Below, piece by piece: positions 1 through 6,989 of a stretch of DNA of 18,325 nucleotides. Below the pieces are notes generated by a model. That model ran no database searches. It was not told the DNA's origin and worked only from the letters and a program-made list of their open reading frames with translations. The translations under genes were made by a program, and so were the position numbers. Origin of the DNA: a virus. The DNA lies in the IMG/VR virus record IMGVR_UViG_3300042922_000644, positions 1 to 18,325 of that record; one strand, given 5' to 3'. Position 1 is the first letter of the stretch; every line of letters begins with the position of its first letter.

Positions 1-127
1 AAAGAGTATTTTACAGATGATGAATACCTACAGTTATTAAAAGAGAATGGATACGATACAATTATTCAGCCTGACTATAACAAGGAAACAGATCAGAAAA
101 TGCTATTACTTACGGTACTGGATATCT
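1..127. repeat. Terminal overlap, copy 1, identical to 18199-18325
   Basis: A base-by-base read shows aaagagtattttacagatgatg...cggtactggatatct at both ends. A 127-nt length is typical of the k-mer overlap in a circular assembly. Confidence 0.95.
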
Positions 128-306
128 TAGAAGCTGTCTCGAATGACATTGATATAATGAGAAAGGTTGAAACTGAATTTACTACTACCAGTGATGCTTA
201 TAAGTACATGGAACAGAGAATTCAGCAAGTCAAAGATAGAATTGCAAGTATACCAGAACCAGATCAGGAATATAGTCCATTTTCATTAATGTATACTAGA
301 AAGTAA
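1..306 (+). CDS. 3' portion of a junction-spanning CDS (ATG at 18160, 114 aa in total). Possible gp6-like head-tail connector/adaptor.
   Basis: Position 1 falls on a codon boundary of the frame opened by the ATG at 18160, which has the RBS aagaaagga 8 nt upstream. The stop is at 304-306. The track ORF 100..306 is only the internal-Met remainder. The N-terminus MTTLNRLKLELGNKEYFTDDEYLQLLKEN resembles the L..LK..L.i...dDe.l..li pattern of connector proteins. That function is weakly supported. Confidence 0.6.
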   Translation, partial: KEYFTDDEYLQLLKENGYDTIIQPDYNKETDQKMLLLTVLDILEAVSNDIDIMRKVETEFTTTSDAYKYMEQRIQQVKDRIASIPEPDQEYSPFSLMYTRK

Positions 307-315
307 AATTTGCTA

Positions 316-344
316 TTGACTCCTTTAAGTACAAGATGTACAAT
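316..344 (+). promoter_or_regulatory. Sigma-A-type promoter of the par operon, overlapped by iterons
   Basis: TTGACT (316-321), a 17-nt spacer, then TACAAT (339-344). It lies in the 87-bp gap upstream of parA, and the spacer and -10 overlap the GTACAAG repeats. Confidence 0.55.
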
Positions 345-385
345 AGGTACAAGAAGTTGCACATTAAGTACAAGAAGTACAAGGA
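329..385. repeat. Centromere/operator-like iteron array 1 (9-bp GTACAAGAA units)
   Basis: Tandem units gtacaagat, gtacaatag, gtacaagaa, gttgcacattaa (degenerate), gtacaagaa and gtacaagga begin at 329, 338, 347, 356, 368 and 377. Confidence 0.8.
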
Positions 386-393
386 GGATGATT

Positions 394-1161
394 ATGCAAG
401 TAATTGTAATAGCTAACCAAAAAGGCGGTATTGGTAAAACAACAACCGCCACAGCATTATCAAGTATATTAGCAAAAAAGGGATATAAAACCCTTTTGAT
501 AGATGCAGATATGCAAGGTAATAGTACAGACACATTTAGAGCAATTATTGAGGGTCAAGCAACGCTTTACGATGTCTTATTAGAGTCGGACAGTCAAAGA
601 ACATCAATTGTAGAAGCAATTCAGCACACAGAGGTAGGACAGATTGTAGCTGCTGATCCTTTACTTAGGAAAGCGGATGAAGTTCTTAATAGTGATGTGA
701 ATGGACTTTATAGGCTTCAAGATGCTATATCAGAGTTAAAAGGATACGATTATATTATTATTGATACTGCTCCAAGCATGAATTCATTACTTTATAACTG
801 CTTAATATCTGCCGACAAGGTAATAGTTCCTATAACTGCCGATAGATACGGTTTACAAGGATTATCACAGCTTAACCAGACAATTCAAGCAATTAAGAAA
901 AGGCAAAATACTAGATTAACAATTGCTGGCTTGCTTTTAGTGAAATTCAATGAGAGGACAAACCTTTCTAAAGAAGTAAAAGAGTCTCTTGATACTATAG
1001 CTAATCAGATGGAAACTAAGTTATTTAAAACTTCTATTAGAGAAAGCACAAAAGCGAAAGAAGCACAGGCATTACGAAAAGCATTAATTGATTATGCTCC
1101 AAATTCAACTACAGCACTTGATTATATTTCTTTCACTAATGAATTGATAAAGGGGGCATAA
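394..1161 (+). CDS. parA: ParA/Soj-family partition ATPase (type Ib, no N-terminal HTH)
   Basis: MQVIVIANQKGGIGKTTT carries the deviant Walker A motif KGGxGKT. IIIDTAPS is Walker-B-like. The AAGGAGG RBS lies 6 nt upstream of the ATG at 394. The track's TTG start at 310 would run through the iterons and promoter. Confidence 0.9.
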   Translation: MQVIVIANQKGGIGKTTTATALSSILAKKGYKTLLIDADMQGNSTDTFRAIIEGQATLYDVLLESDSQRTSIVEAIQHTEVGQIVAADPLLRKADEVLNSDVNGLYRLQDAISELKGYDYIIIDTAPSMNSLLYNCLISADKVIVPITADRYGLQGLSQLNQTIQAIKKRQNTRLTIAGLLLVKFNERTNLSKEVKESLDTIANQMETKLFKTSIRESTKAKEAQALRKALIDYAPNSTTALDYISFTNELIKGA

Positions 1162-1165
1162 CAGA

Positions 1166-1447
1166 ATGGCAAAAAATAAACCTAGTACATTTGGGGCAAC
1201 CGACAATCTTGACTTTGGTATTACTCATAATACACAAGAAGTACAACAAGTACATGAAGTTACACAACATGAAGTACAACGAGAATATGGAAGTACCCAA
1301 GGAAATAAGAACGGATCAAAACTAAAAAGAATTAACATGGCTTTTTCTGATGCTAACCATGAATATATAACAAAGGAAAGTAGAAAGAATGGAATGTCTG
1401 CAACCGCATTTGTAAATATGATAATTGATAATCATCGAAATCAATAG
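1166..1447 (+). CDS. Small ribbon-helix-helix centromere-binding protein (ParG/omega-like partner of ParA)
   Basis: This 93-aa gene starts 4 nt after parA. The C-terminus KRINMAFSDANHEYITKESRKNGMSATAFVNMIIDNH fits a strand-helix-helix (RHH) pattern. The N-terminal half is low-complexity. Confidence 0.65.
   Translation: MAKNKPSTFGATDNLDFGITHNTQEVQQVHEVTQHEVQREYGSTQGNKNGSKLKRINMAFSDANHEYITKESRKNGMSATAFVNMIIDNHRNQ
1231..1282. repeat. Iteron array 2, embedded in the 5' half of the RHH partner gene
   Basis: Units tacacaagaa, gtacaacaa (1241), gtacatgaa (1250), gttacacaacatgaa (1259, degenerate) and gtacaacga (1274). Unit, 9-bp phasing and unit order match array 1. Confidence 0.7.
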
Positions 1448-1465
1448 TTGTAAAGGAGAGTAAAT

Positions 1466-1726
1466 ATGACATTACGTAATTTTCTAAAAATGCATGAAGG
1501 TGGGGTAGCTTGCGTATCCATTCAGCAAGAACCATATGATTATAACAATCATAGATATACAAAGACTTACTTTGAGGAAGAACAACAAGAAGATATACTT
1601 GCTTCTGATACGTTCAAGAGAATAGCTAATAAGCAAGTAGACCATTTTAACGTAATAGGCGGTGGTATGTATAAGGTTGAATTTTGCATTTATCTGAAAG
1701 GAGAAGATCATGCACACAGTAATTAA
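1466..1726 (+). CDS. Hypothetical protein (86 aa)
   Basis: AAGGAGAG RBS 7 nt upstream of the ATG. No motif recognised. Confidence 0.6.
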   Translation: MTLRNFLKMHEGGVACVSIQQEPYDYNNHRYTKTYFEEEQQEDILASDTFKRIANKQVDHFNVIGGGMYKVEFCIYLKGEDHAHSN

Positions 1727-1934
1727 AGGTACTAAGACGGTTGAGGAATTTAAGCAGCTTAAAGCATACCTAGAGCAGAGAGCAAAAGAACTTTATACAG
1801 AGCATAAAAGCCATTGGGATACATGGAGATTCGGAGATATCGACAAGGTTTGGATTGACAAGGATGGGTTTATCTGTATTCAGTACGAAAGTGGTGATTG
1901 GTGGCATTATAACGAACAAGGGGAATGGTGGTAA
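1710..1934 (+). CDS. Hypothetical protein (74 aa, Trp-rich C-terminus)
   Basis: AAAGGAGAAG RBS upstream. It overlaps the previous gene by 17 nt, consistent with translational coupling. No motif recognised. Confidence 0.6.
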   Translation: MHTVIKGTKTVEEFKQLKAYLEQRAKELYTEHKSHWDTWRFGDIDKVWIDKDGFICIQYESGDWWHYNEQGEWW

Positions 1935-2058
1935 TACACGTTTAAAATCATTAATTATAAGCCATTTTAAGCCTTTATTTTATCAATTAGGTATAAATCT
2001 ATGCCTATGGTAATTTAAAGGCTTTTTAACGTTAATATGAAAGGAAAATAACAAGAAT

Positions 2059-3174
2059 ATGGATACTTTATATAGACAGTTTAAAGAAGCTTTAAAGAGA
2101 GAGGGAAAGACGGTCAAGGGGTATTATAATAATACCGACTATACTTGTCTTTTTAGAAAAAATTCAGATGATAATACCACTGATGGACACGTAACTATAT
2201 TCTATGAGATTGGATCAGGAATATATCAAGGTCAATTACTCTCCTTTGGAGAAAAGCACTTTGTAGTTTTAAATCAGGAGTCAGTTGAAAATTCGGTTTA
2301 TTATAAATCGGCTCTATTGGAATGTAATATCTTATTACCATTGGTGGAGAATATGAGATATAAATATATTCCATGCTATGCCTACGGTATGACTTCTCCA
2401 ACGGTTATATCAAATAATATAATGAGTATTGTAGATGGAAAATGTGAAATTATATCAGAGTATACAGATAAATTCACAACTTCAATAATTGATCTTTTGG
2501 TTAATATATTGGGTGGATATTATAAAATTCAGAACGTACATAATAAGTCAGGAATTGCTCATGTATATGTAGAAAGAGGTTTACAGCCATCATGGGTATA
2601 TGATTTTACTTTAAGTGCTGATGGTTCACAGTATCTTATTAATACCACTACAACATTAATTCCACTTGCAACAAAAAGTAGTATAGTAGACGATACCGCA
2701 ACGATTACATATACATCTAGTAATAATGCTATTGCTATAGTAAATTCGAGTGGTGTGGTGTCCTTTATTTCACCAGGTACTGTAACGATAACAGCAACAT
2801 GGGTAGAGCAGAATAAAACCGACACAGTAACATTAACAGTATTAGCGGAAATATTACCTTATACATTCAATCTAACTACTCAATATTTACCTGAAGATAC
2901 TTGTAATTTGGGAACTGCAAAAATATATAAAGTTTCATTAGTTGATAAAGTAACATCACTTCCAGTTGATTTTACACCATCATGGACATTTAATTGGAAT
3001 GGAATGGCTTCTAATAATTTTACGGTTACTTATCCGACTACATATCAATGCTCAATAAAAACCCTTGATGATAACTATGATTTATTAGGTTTAACCTATG
3101 TTGTCACTTGTAGTTGTACTTATAATGATAAATTATATTCTGATAGTTTAACGGTAACTATTGAATTATATTAA
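2059..3174 (+). CDS. Virion structural protein with a bacterial Ig-like (Big_2) domain. Possible neck/head-closure or tail protein.
   Basis: ATITYTSSNNAIAIVNSSGVVSFISPGTVTITATWVEQNKTDTVTLTV (about nt 2596-2844) is a classic Big_2 signature. The N-terminal segments IYQGQLLSFGEKHFVVLNQ and GGYYKIQNV loosely resemble head-closure beta-barrel proteins, with low confidence. Confidence 0.65.
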   Translation: MDTLYRQFKEALKREGKTVKGYYNNTDYTCLFRKNSDDNTTDGHVTIFYEIGSGIYQGQLLSFGEKHFVVLNQESVENSVYYKSALLECNILLPLVENMRYKYIPCYAYGMTSPTVISNNIMSIVDGKCEIISEYTDKFTTSIIDLLVNILGGYYKIQNVHNKSGIAHVYVERGLQPSWVYDFTLSADGSQYLINTTTTLIPLATKSSIVDDTATITYTSSNNAIAIVNSSGVVSFISPGTVTITATWVEQNKTDTVTLTVLAEILPYTFNLTTQYLPEDTCNLGTAKIYKVSLVDKVTSLPVDFTPSWTFNWNGMASNNFTVTYPTTYQCSIKTLDDNYDLLGLTYVVTCSCTYNDKLYSDSLTVTIELY

Positions 3175-3178
3175 ATTT

Positions 3179-3220
3179 AAAGAGGGTCTAATATGTCTTG
3201 GCATATCATAAACCCTCTTT
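3179..3220. terminator. Hairpin between convergent genes (candidate bidirectional terminator)
   Basis: A 9-bp stem pairs aaagagggt (3179-3187) with accctcttt (3212-3220). An inner stem pairs atatg with catat. It lies between the + gene ending at 3174 and the - gene ending at 3224. Confidence 0.5.
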
Positions 3221-3223
3221 TAC

Positions 3224-3382
3224 TCATTTGCTATTCTTTTTCTCATTTTCAAGATGTGCAGCAAGTATAGAAACTATATAATTTGATGTATTTCTTATAT
3301 TCTTCTTTGCTAATTCGTCAAGTTCCTTTTTCATTTCTCTTGGTACTGTAACCAACATTCTGACTTTATCATCACTAACCAT
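3224..3382 (-). CDS. Ribbon-helix-helix (CopG/Arc-like) transcriptional regulator, 52 aa. The only minus-strand gene, and absent from the ORF track.
   Basis: The reverse complement reads GTGAAAGGAGATGATATC ATG GTT AGT..., giving MVSDDKVRMLVTVPREMKKELDELAKKNIRNTSNYIVSILAAHLENEKKNSK then a stop. It has a GGAG RBS and a strand-helix-helix pattern typical of RHH repressors. The length is 159 nt, which is 53 codons. Confidence 0.75.
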   Translation of the reverse strand: MVSDDKVRMLVTVPREMKKELDELAKKNIRNTSNYIVSILAAHLENEKKNSK

Positions 3383-3409
3383 GATATCATCTCCTTTCAC
3401 TTGTAATGT

Positions 3410-3444
3410 ATTATAATCATACTACATATCAAAGTGTAAATCAA
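3410..3444 (-). promoter_or_regulatory. Leftward promoter for the RHH gene
   Basis: On the minus strand, TTGATT (3439-3444), a 17-nt spacer, then TATGAT (3416-3421), followed immediately by TATAAT (3410-3415). It lies about 25-30 nt upstream of the RHH start. Confidence 0.5.
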
Positions 3445-3467
3445 GTGAAAATATTAGCAATTTAGTG

Positions 3468-3496
3468 TTGACAAGTGATATCACAAGTGGTATTAT
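3468..3496 (+). promoter_or_regulatory. Rightward near-consensus sigma-A promoter with a GTGATATCAC operator in its spacer
   Basis: TTGACA (3468-3473), a 17-nt spacer, then TATTAT (3491-3496), preceded by TGG as an extended -10. The palindrome GTGATATCAC at 3475-3484 sits inside the spacer. A GTGATAT half-site lies at 3508-3514. Confidence 0.7.
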
Positions 3497-3560
3497 CTTC
3501 CTAAGAAGTGATATTAACAGCTTCGAAACAAAAAACACACAAAAAAGGGAGATTAAAAGT

Positions 3561-3911
3561 ATGGCTAATTATGATCTATTCAAAGGAACTAGAGAAATTG
3601 AGATTGACGAGTTACAGGACAACCTTGAAATGTTGATATGGCAAAGTGGGGTTGAGAAGTTCAAAATTACAGAAGCATTCAGAACAAAGGAAGAGGGGTA
3701 TGAAGCAAAGGAGTATATTTTAGAGGGTCTTGAGGTTGAAGTAGAGAATGGAATAGCTTGCTTTGGAGATGTAAACGATGATATTTATAATGAATATCAT
3801 GTATTAATGGCTTTACCGATTGATATGGTTAAATTCTATACTTTCAATTCTAGGATATTTGAAATCGTTTGTACTGATGGATTAATCATCATTCAAGCGA
3901 TTATGCCGTGA
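3561..3911 (+). CDS. Hypothetical, strongly acidic early protein (116 aa)
   Basis: The ATG at 3561 has the RBS AAGGGAGA about 8 nt upstream. The track's GTG start at 3465 would begin inside the promoter. My count gives about 24 Asp/Glu against 9 Lys/Arg. Confidence 0.65.
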   Translation: MANYDLFKGTREIEIDELQDNLEMLIWQSGVEKFKITEAFRTKEEGYEAKEYILEGLEVEVENGIACFGDVNDDIYNEYHVLMALPIDMVKFYTFNSRIFEIVCTDGLIIIQAIMP

Positions 3912-3950
3912 CTGACTAGCTATATTGAAGATTTAGAGATAATTGATAAA

Positions 3951-3976
3951 ATATTTTAGTGATATCACTAAAATAT
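3951..3976. promoter_or_regulatory. 26-bp perfect palindrome (operator candidate) centred on GTGATATCAC
   Basis: ATATTTTAGTGAT|ATCACTAAAATAT, with the two halves verified as exact reverse complements. It abuts the -35 of the RNAP gene promoter. Confidence 0.7.
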
Positions 3977-3979
3977 ATA

Positions 3980-4009
3980 TTGACATCACTTAGTAACACG
4001 TGGTATAAT
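3980..4009 (+). promoter_or_regulatory. Near-consensus sigma-A promoter of the RNAP gene
   Basis: TTGACA (3980-3985), an 18-nt spacer, then TATAAT (4004-4009), preceded by TGG as an extended -10. Confidence 0.7.
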
Positions 4010-4046
4010 ATAAGTGTAAGGGGGTAGTCTGCCCTTTTACACTTAT
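4010..4046 (+). promoter_or_regulatory. 15-bp stem-loop at the very 5' end of the RNAP transcript (or a DNA inverted-repeat operator)
   Basis: ataagtgtaaggggg (4010-4024) pairs with cccttttacacttat (4032-4046), including two G-U pairs. The loop is 7 nt. It starts 1 nt after the -10, and no U-tract follows. Confidence 0.55.
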
Positions 4047-4082
4047 AGTTATCAGCAAACACAACATAAAAGGAGAGGTTTA

Positions 4083-6851
4083 ATGGAAAAAGGCGTTAAG
4101 ATAAAGAATTATTATGCAGGAGAGATTTACGGATATAAACTAGGAACTAGAGAATATTTATCATCAAATGAAGCTGTATTAAATGATAGCTTATTAAATA
4201 GATGGTTGAGAAAAAATGGTTTACAAGTTGAGAAGAACAGCACAAAAGATTTGATTTGTATTGACTTCTCTTTTGGTCACAATGATTTTAAAAGTGAAAA
4301 TGCAAAACTTAATCGAATGATTAAAAAAGTTGATAAAAAGATTGCTGAAATAGACACTTCTAACAGTGATGAAGAGAAAGCTATGAAAAAGCTTTTACTT
4401 AGAGATAAAAAGCTACGCTATAACAGAGCAAAAGCTAAAATTAAGAGTTTAAACGATTCAAACCCTGAAATATTCAAACAAGTTAAAAAGGATGATATGA
4501 GAGTTGAATTCTATACTAAGCAATCATCGTCATTAGATAATAAAGTTGAAATAGATAATATTGATTATGAAATGCTTTATAGAAGTACATCAAAAGCAAA
4601 AACAGGAAAAGCAACTTTCATTAACAGTGACCTATACAAAGATACATATAAATGGATGACAATGGGGTTAGGAGATTTAGAGGACAATAAGAAAATAGTT
4701 GAAATGTCGGCTTATATGGGTTTGGTTGCATCTAGTATTATTGATACAATCAAAATAAAACCGTCTGAAATACTATTTTTAGAGGATAGAGAAAGCGAAT
4801 GCAAAGCAGAAGCTAATATCGTAAAAGTGAAAAATGGAATATGTGTAGTAGAACCAGAAGAAACAACTATATCTAATTGGCTATGGGATGGAATGTCATT
4901 GATCGACAGTGATTTTTTGGAGGAACACATAAAACAAAATGGAGTTGAATTGAATTCTATGGTTTTGCTTCGTAACCACTTTTTCAAAAGTTGTGCATTC
5001 AAAACACGAATAAAATTATTTATGCAAGAACGATTTGGAGAAGATTACGAAACTAAAACTATAAAGGATATGTTTGGAACTAAAAAAGCCAAAGATATTA
5101 AGCTGATAGTTACGGATAAGTCTCTAAAGTGGTTAAAATTCACTAATTTAATGGGAGATAACCCCTATAAATATTGGTGTGATAGATTAAAAGAAGATGG
5201 TTATATATTCGGTATTGTAAAGACAGATCATCCGAGTAAGCTAGGATCAGTACAAAAAATGTCTGCACAAATGATAAATAGTCTTGAATTAACCAGAGGA
5301 AAAGAAAAAGAGGAAATAAAAGAAATCGCAAAGCTAGGGACTGAAAGAGTAGTTAATATAAAGGCAGACAATGACGAATTTATCAAGTTTTTAAGAGAAA
5401 AAGCTACACTAATCAATCATTATAATATGTTAGCAGACCTTTATGAGTATAATAAAGAATTTGCTAATAATAAATGGTGGAAAACAGAAAAGAGAAAAGT
5501 AATTCATGATTATGTTGAAACTTTAAGGTGTGGGGAAATTCCAGTATCAGGTGATAATTTAACCGTAGTTGGAAATCCATACGCTTTATTACTTCATGCC
5601 ATAGGTGAGAATTGGGAAGATGATAATACACTGGTTCATGAGGATGGAGCAATTCAATGCTATACTAAGAGATTTGATAGTGATAAATATATTACTGGAT
5701 TTAGATCACCACATAACAGCCCTCATAATATTTTATATCTGCATAACATGAAATCTGATATCCTAGACCATTACTTTGATTTTTCAAAGAATATTATAGT
5801 GGTAAATATGATTAAGACAACCGCACAATCGAAAGCTAATTCAATGGACATGGATTCTGACTTTATTTTTGCCACAGATGAACCAACGATTACGAATATA
5901 GGTAAAGTATGCTATTTAAAATATAAAACCATCGTAAACTCTATCAAAGAAATGTCGAAAGAATATATCAATGAAAAGGAGTCTTTCGCAAAGATGGATA
6001 GCGAATTAGCAAAGGCACAGGACACAATTGGAAAATCAAGCAATTTGGCTCAACGTGCTTTAAGTTGGATATATGATGAATATTCAAGAACTGGTAAGGT
6101 TAATAAGGGTTTAGAGAACAACATAATCATCTTAGCAACACTTGCACAGGTTGCAATAGACCAATGTAAAAAAGGATTTGAGATTGATCCAGAAAAAGAA
6201 GTTAAACGAATACAAGAGTCATATATCATGAAAGGAAAAAAATCTCCTAGATTTATGCACTGGACAAATAAAATAAAGAAAATTAACACAAAAGAGTATA
6301 AGTGCCCTATGGATTTATTAGAAAAAGAATTAGACGATATTTCTAATAATGACAGTCCTACAGGATATGAAAATCAATTATATTTTAATCTAATGGAGGG
6401 AAAAGCAAATAGCAGACATAAGAACATAATTAGAGACTTGATAGAGGATTATGACAATAAAATCAAGGAGCATTATGCGGAAACTTATAAGAGTAGACCT
6501 AAAAATGATGATAAAGAGAATTATGAAAAAGAATTATTAAATGCAGCGAGTAGACTAAGTGAAAAAATAAATAGGATTAAACTTGATGATAAAACCATGA
6601 ATAGATTGATTGCAGAGGTTTTCGTTGAAAAGAATAGCATATTCGCTAAATACAGACGGAAACTATTAAATGCTTTATACAACAAGCACGATGATAAAAG
6701 TAAGTTCCTAAGTAATTTTAACAATGCGGAAATAGTGTTGGAAAAAATTAAAATCCAAAATGAAGAGGAAGAAAAAGCTAAGAAAAAATCATCAAAATTG
6801 CAGAATGAAAAAGTCAAAAAGCATAAAAAAGCTATCAAAATAAAGGACTAG
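4083..6851 (+). CDS. Candidate single-subunit two-barrel DNA-dependent RNA polymerase (YonO / cellular RdRP-like), 922 aa
   Basis: ANSMDMDSDFIF carries a DxDxD motif (D589, D591, D593; nt 5847-5861), preceded by ITGFRSPHNSPHNILYLHN (nt 5697-5732). This parallels the RNPxLHPGD ... DLDGD arrangement of RdRP/QDE-1-type enzymes. YRSTSKAKTGKATFINS (nt 4578-4619) resembles the basic ARxGQxFS motif of the second barrel. The C-terminal tail is Lys/Glu-rich. The RBS AAAAGGAGAGG is strong. Confidence 0.6.
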   Translation: MEKGVKIKNYYAGEIYGYKLGTREYLSSNEAVLNDSLLNRWLRKNGLQVEKNSTKDLICIDFSFGHNDFKSENAKLNRMIKKVDKKIAEIDTSNSDEEKAMKKLLLRDKKLRYNRAKAKIKSLNDSNPEIFKQVKKDDMRVEFYTKQSSSLDNKVEIDNIDYEMLYRSTSKAKTGKATFINSDLYKDTYKWMTMGLGDLEDNKKIVEMSAYMGLVASSIIDTIKIKPSEILFLEDRESECKAEANIVKVKNGICVVEPEETTISNWLWDGMSLIDSDFLEEHIKQNGVELNSMVLLRNHFFKSCAFKTRIKLFMQERFGEDYETKTIKDMFGTKKAKDIKLIVTDKSLKWLKFTNLMGDNPYKYWCDRLKEDGYIFGIVKTDHPSKLGSVQKMSAQMINSLELTRGKEKEEIKEIAKLGTERVVNIKADNDEFIKFLREKATLINHYNMLADLYEYNKEFANNKWWKTEKRKVIHDYVETLRCGEIPVSGDNLTVVGNPYALLLHAIGENWEDDNTLVHEDGAIQCYTKRFDSDKYITGFRSPHNSPHNILYLHNMKSDILDHYFDFSKNIIVVNMIKTTAQSKANSMDMDSDFIFATDEPTITNIGKVCYLKYKTIVNSIKEMSKEYINEKESFAKMDSELAKAQDTIGKSSNLAQRALSWIYDEYSRTGKVNKGLENNIIILATLAQVAIDQCKKGFEIDPEKEVKRIQESYIMKGKKSPRFMHWTNKIKKINTKEYKCPMDLLEKELDDISNNDSPTGYENQLYFNLMEGKANSRHKNIIRDLIEDYDNKIKEHYAETYKSRPKNDDKENYEKELLNAASRLSEKINRIKLDDKTMNRLIAEVFVEKNSIFAKYRRKLLNALYNKHDDKSKFLSNFNNAEIVLEKIKIQNEEEEKAKKKSSKLQNEKVKKHKKAIKIKD

Positions 6852-6911
6852 CAGTAATTACAATTCGTCCGTTATATGATAACATAAGCAAGATATAAAT
6901 ATCCTAATTGG

Positions 6912-6940
6912 AGTATACACTATATTTTCTTATATGTCAA
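6912..6940 (-). promoter_or_regulatory. Candidate leftward promoter pointing antisense into the 3' end of the RNAP gene
   Basis: On the minus strand, TTGACA (6935-6940), a 17-nt spacer, then TATACT (6912-6917). No credible downstream ORF. Confidence 0.35.
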
Positions 6941-6989
6941 TACCTTTTTTAAAATATTTTTAGACTACTACAGCATTCATATATAGCCT

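Noticed and set aside
310-393. Upstream-extended starts offered by the ORF track: TTG 310 for parA, GTG 3465, ATG 9556, GTG 13624, ATG 13865 and TTG 16389.
   Set aside because: In each case an internal ATG has a properly spaced AGGAGG-like RBS. The extension would run through a promoter, iteron array, terminator hairpin or the upstream gene.
1968-2024. Inverted repeat aagccttta / taaaggctt followed by T residues, upstream of the Ig-domain gene, considered as a terminator.
   Set aside because: The loop is 39 nt for a 9-bp AT-rich stem, which is too unstable to call. It may still be a weak attenuator.
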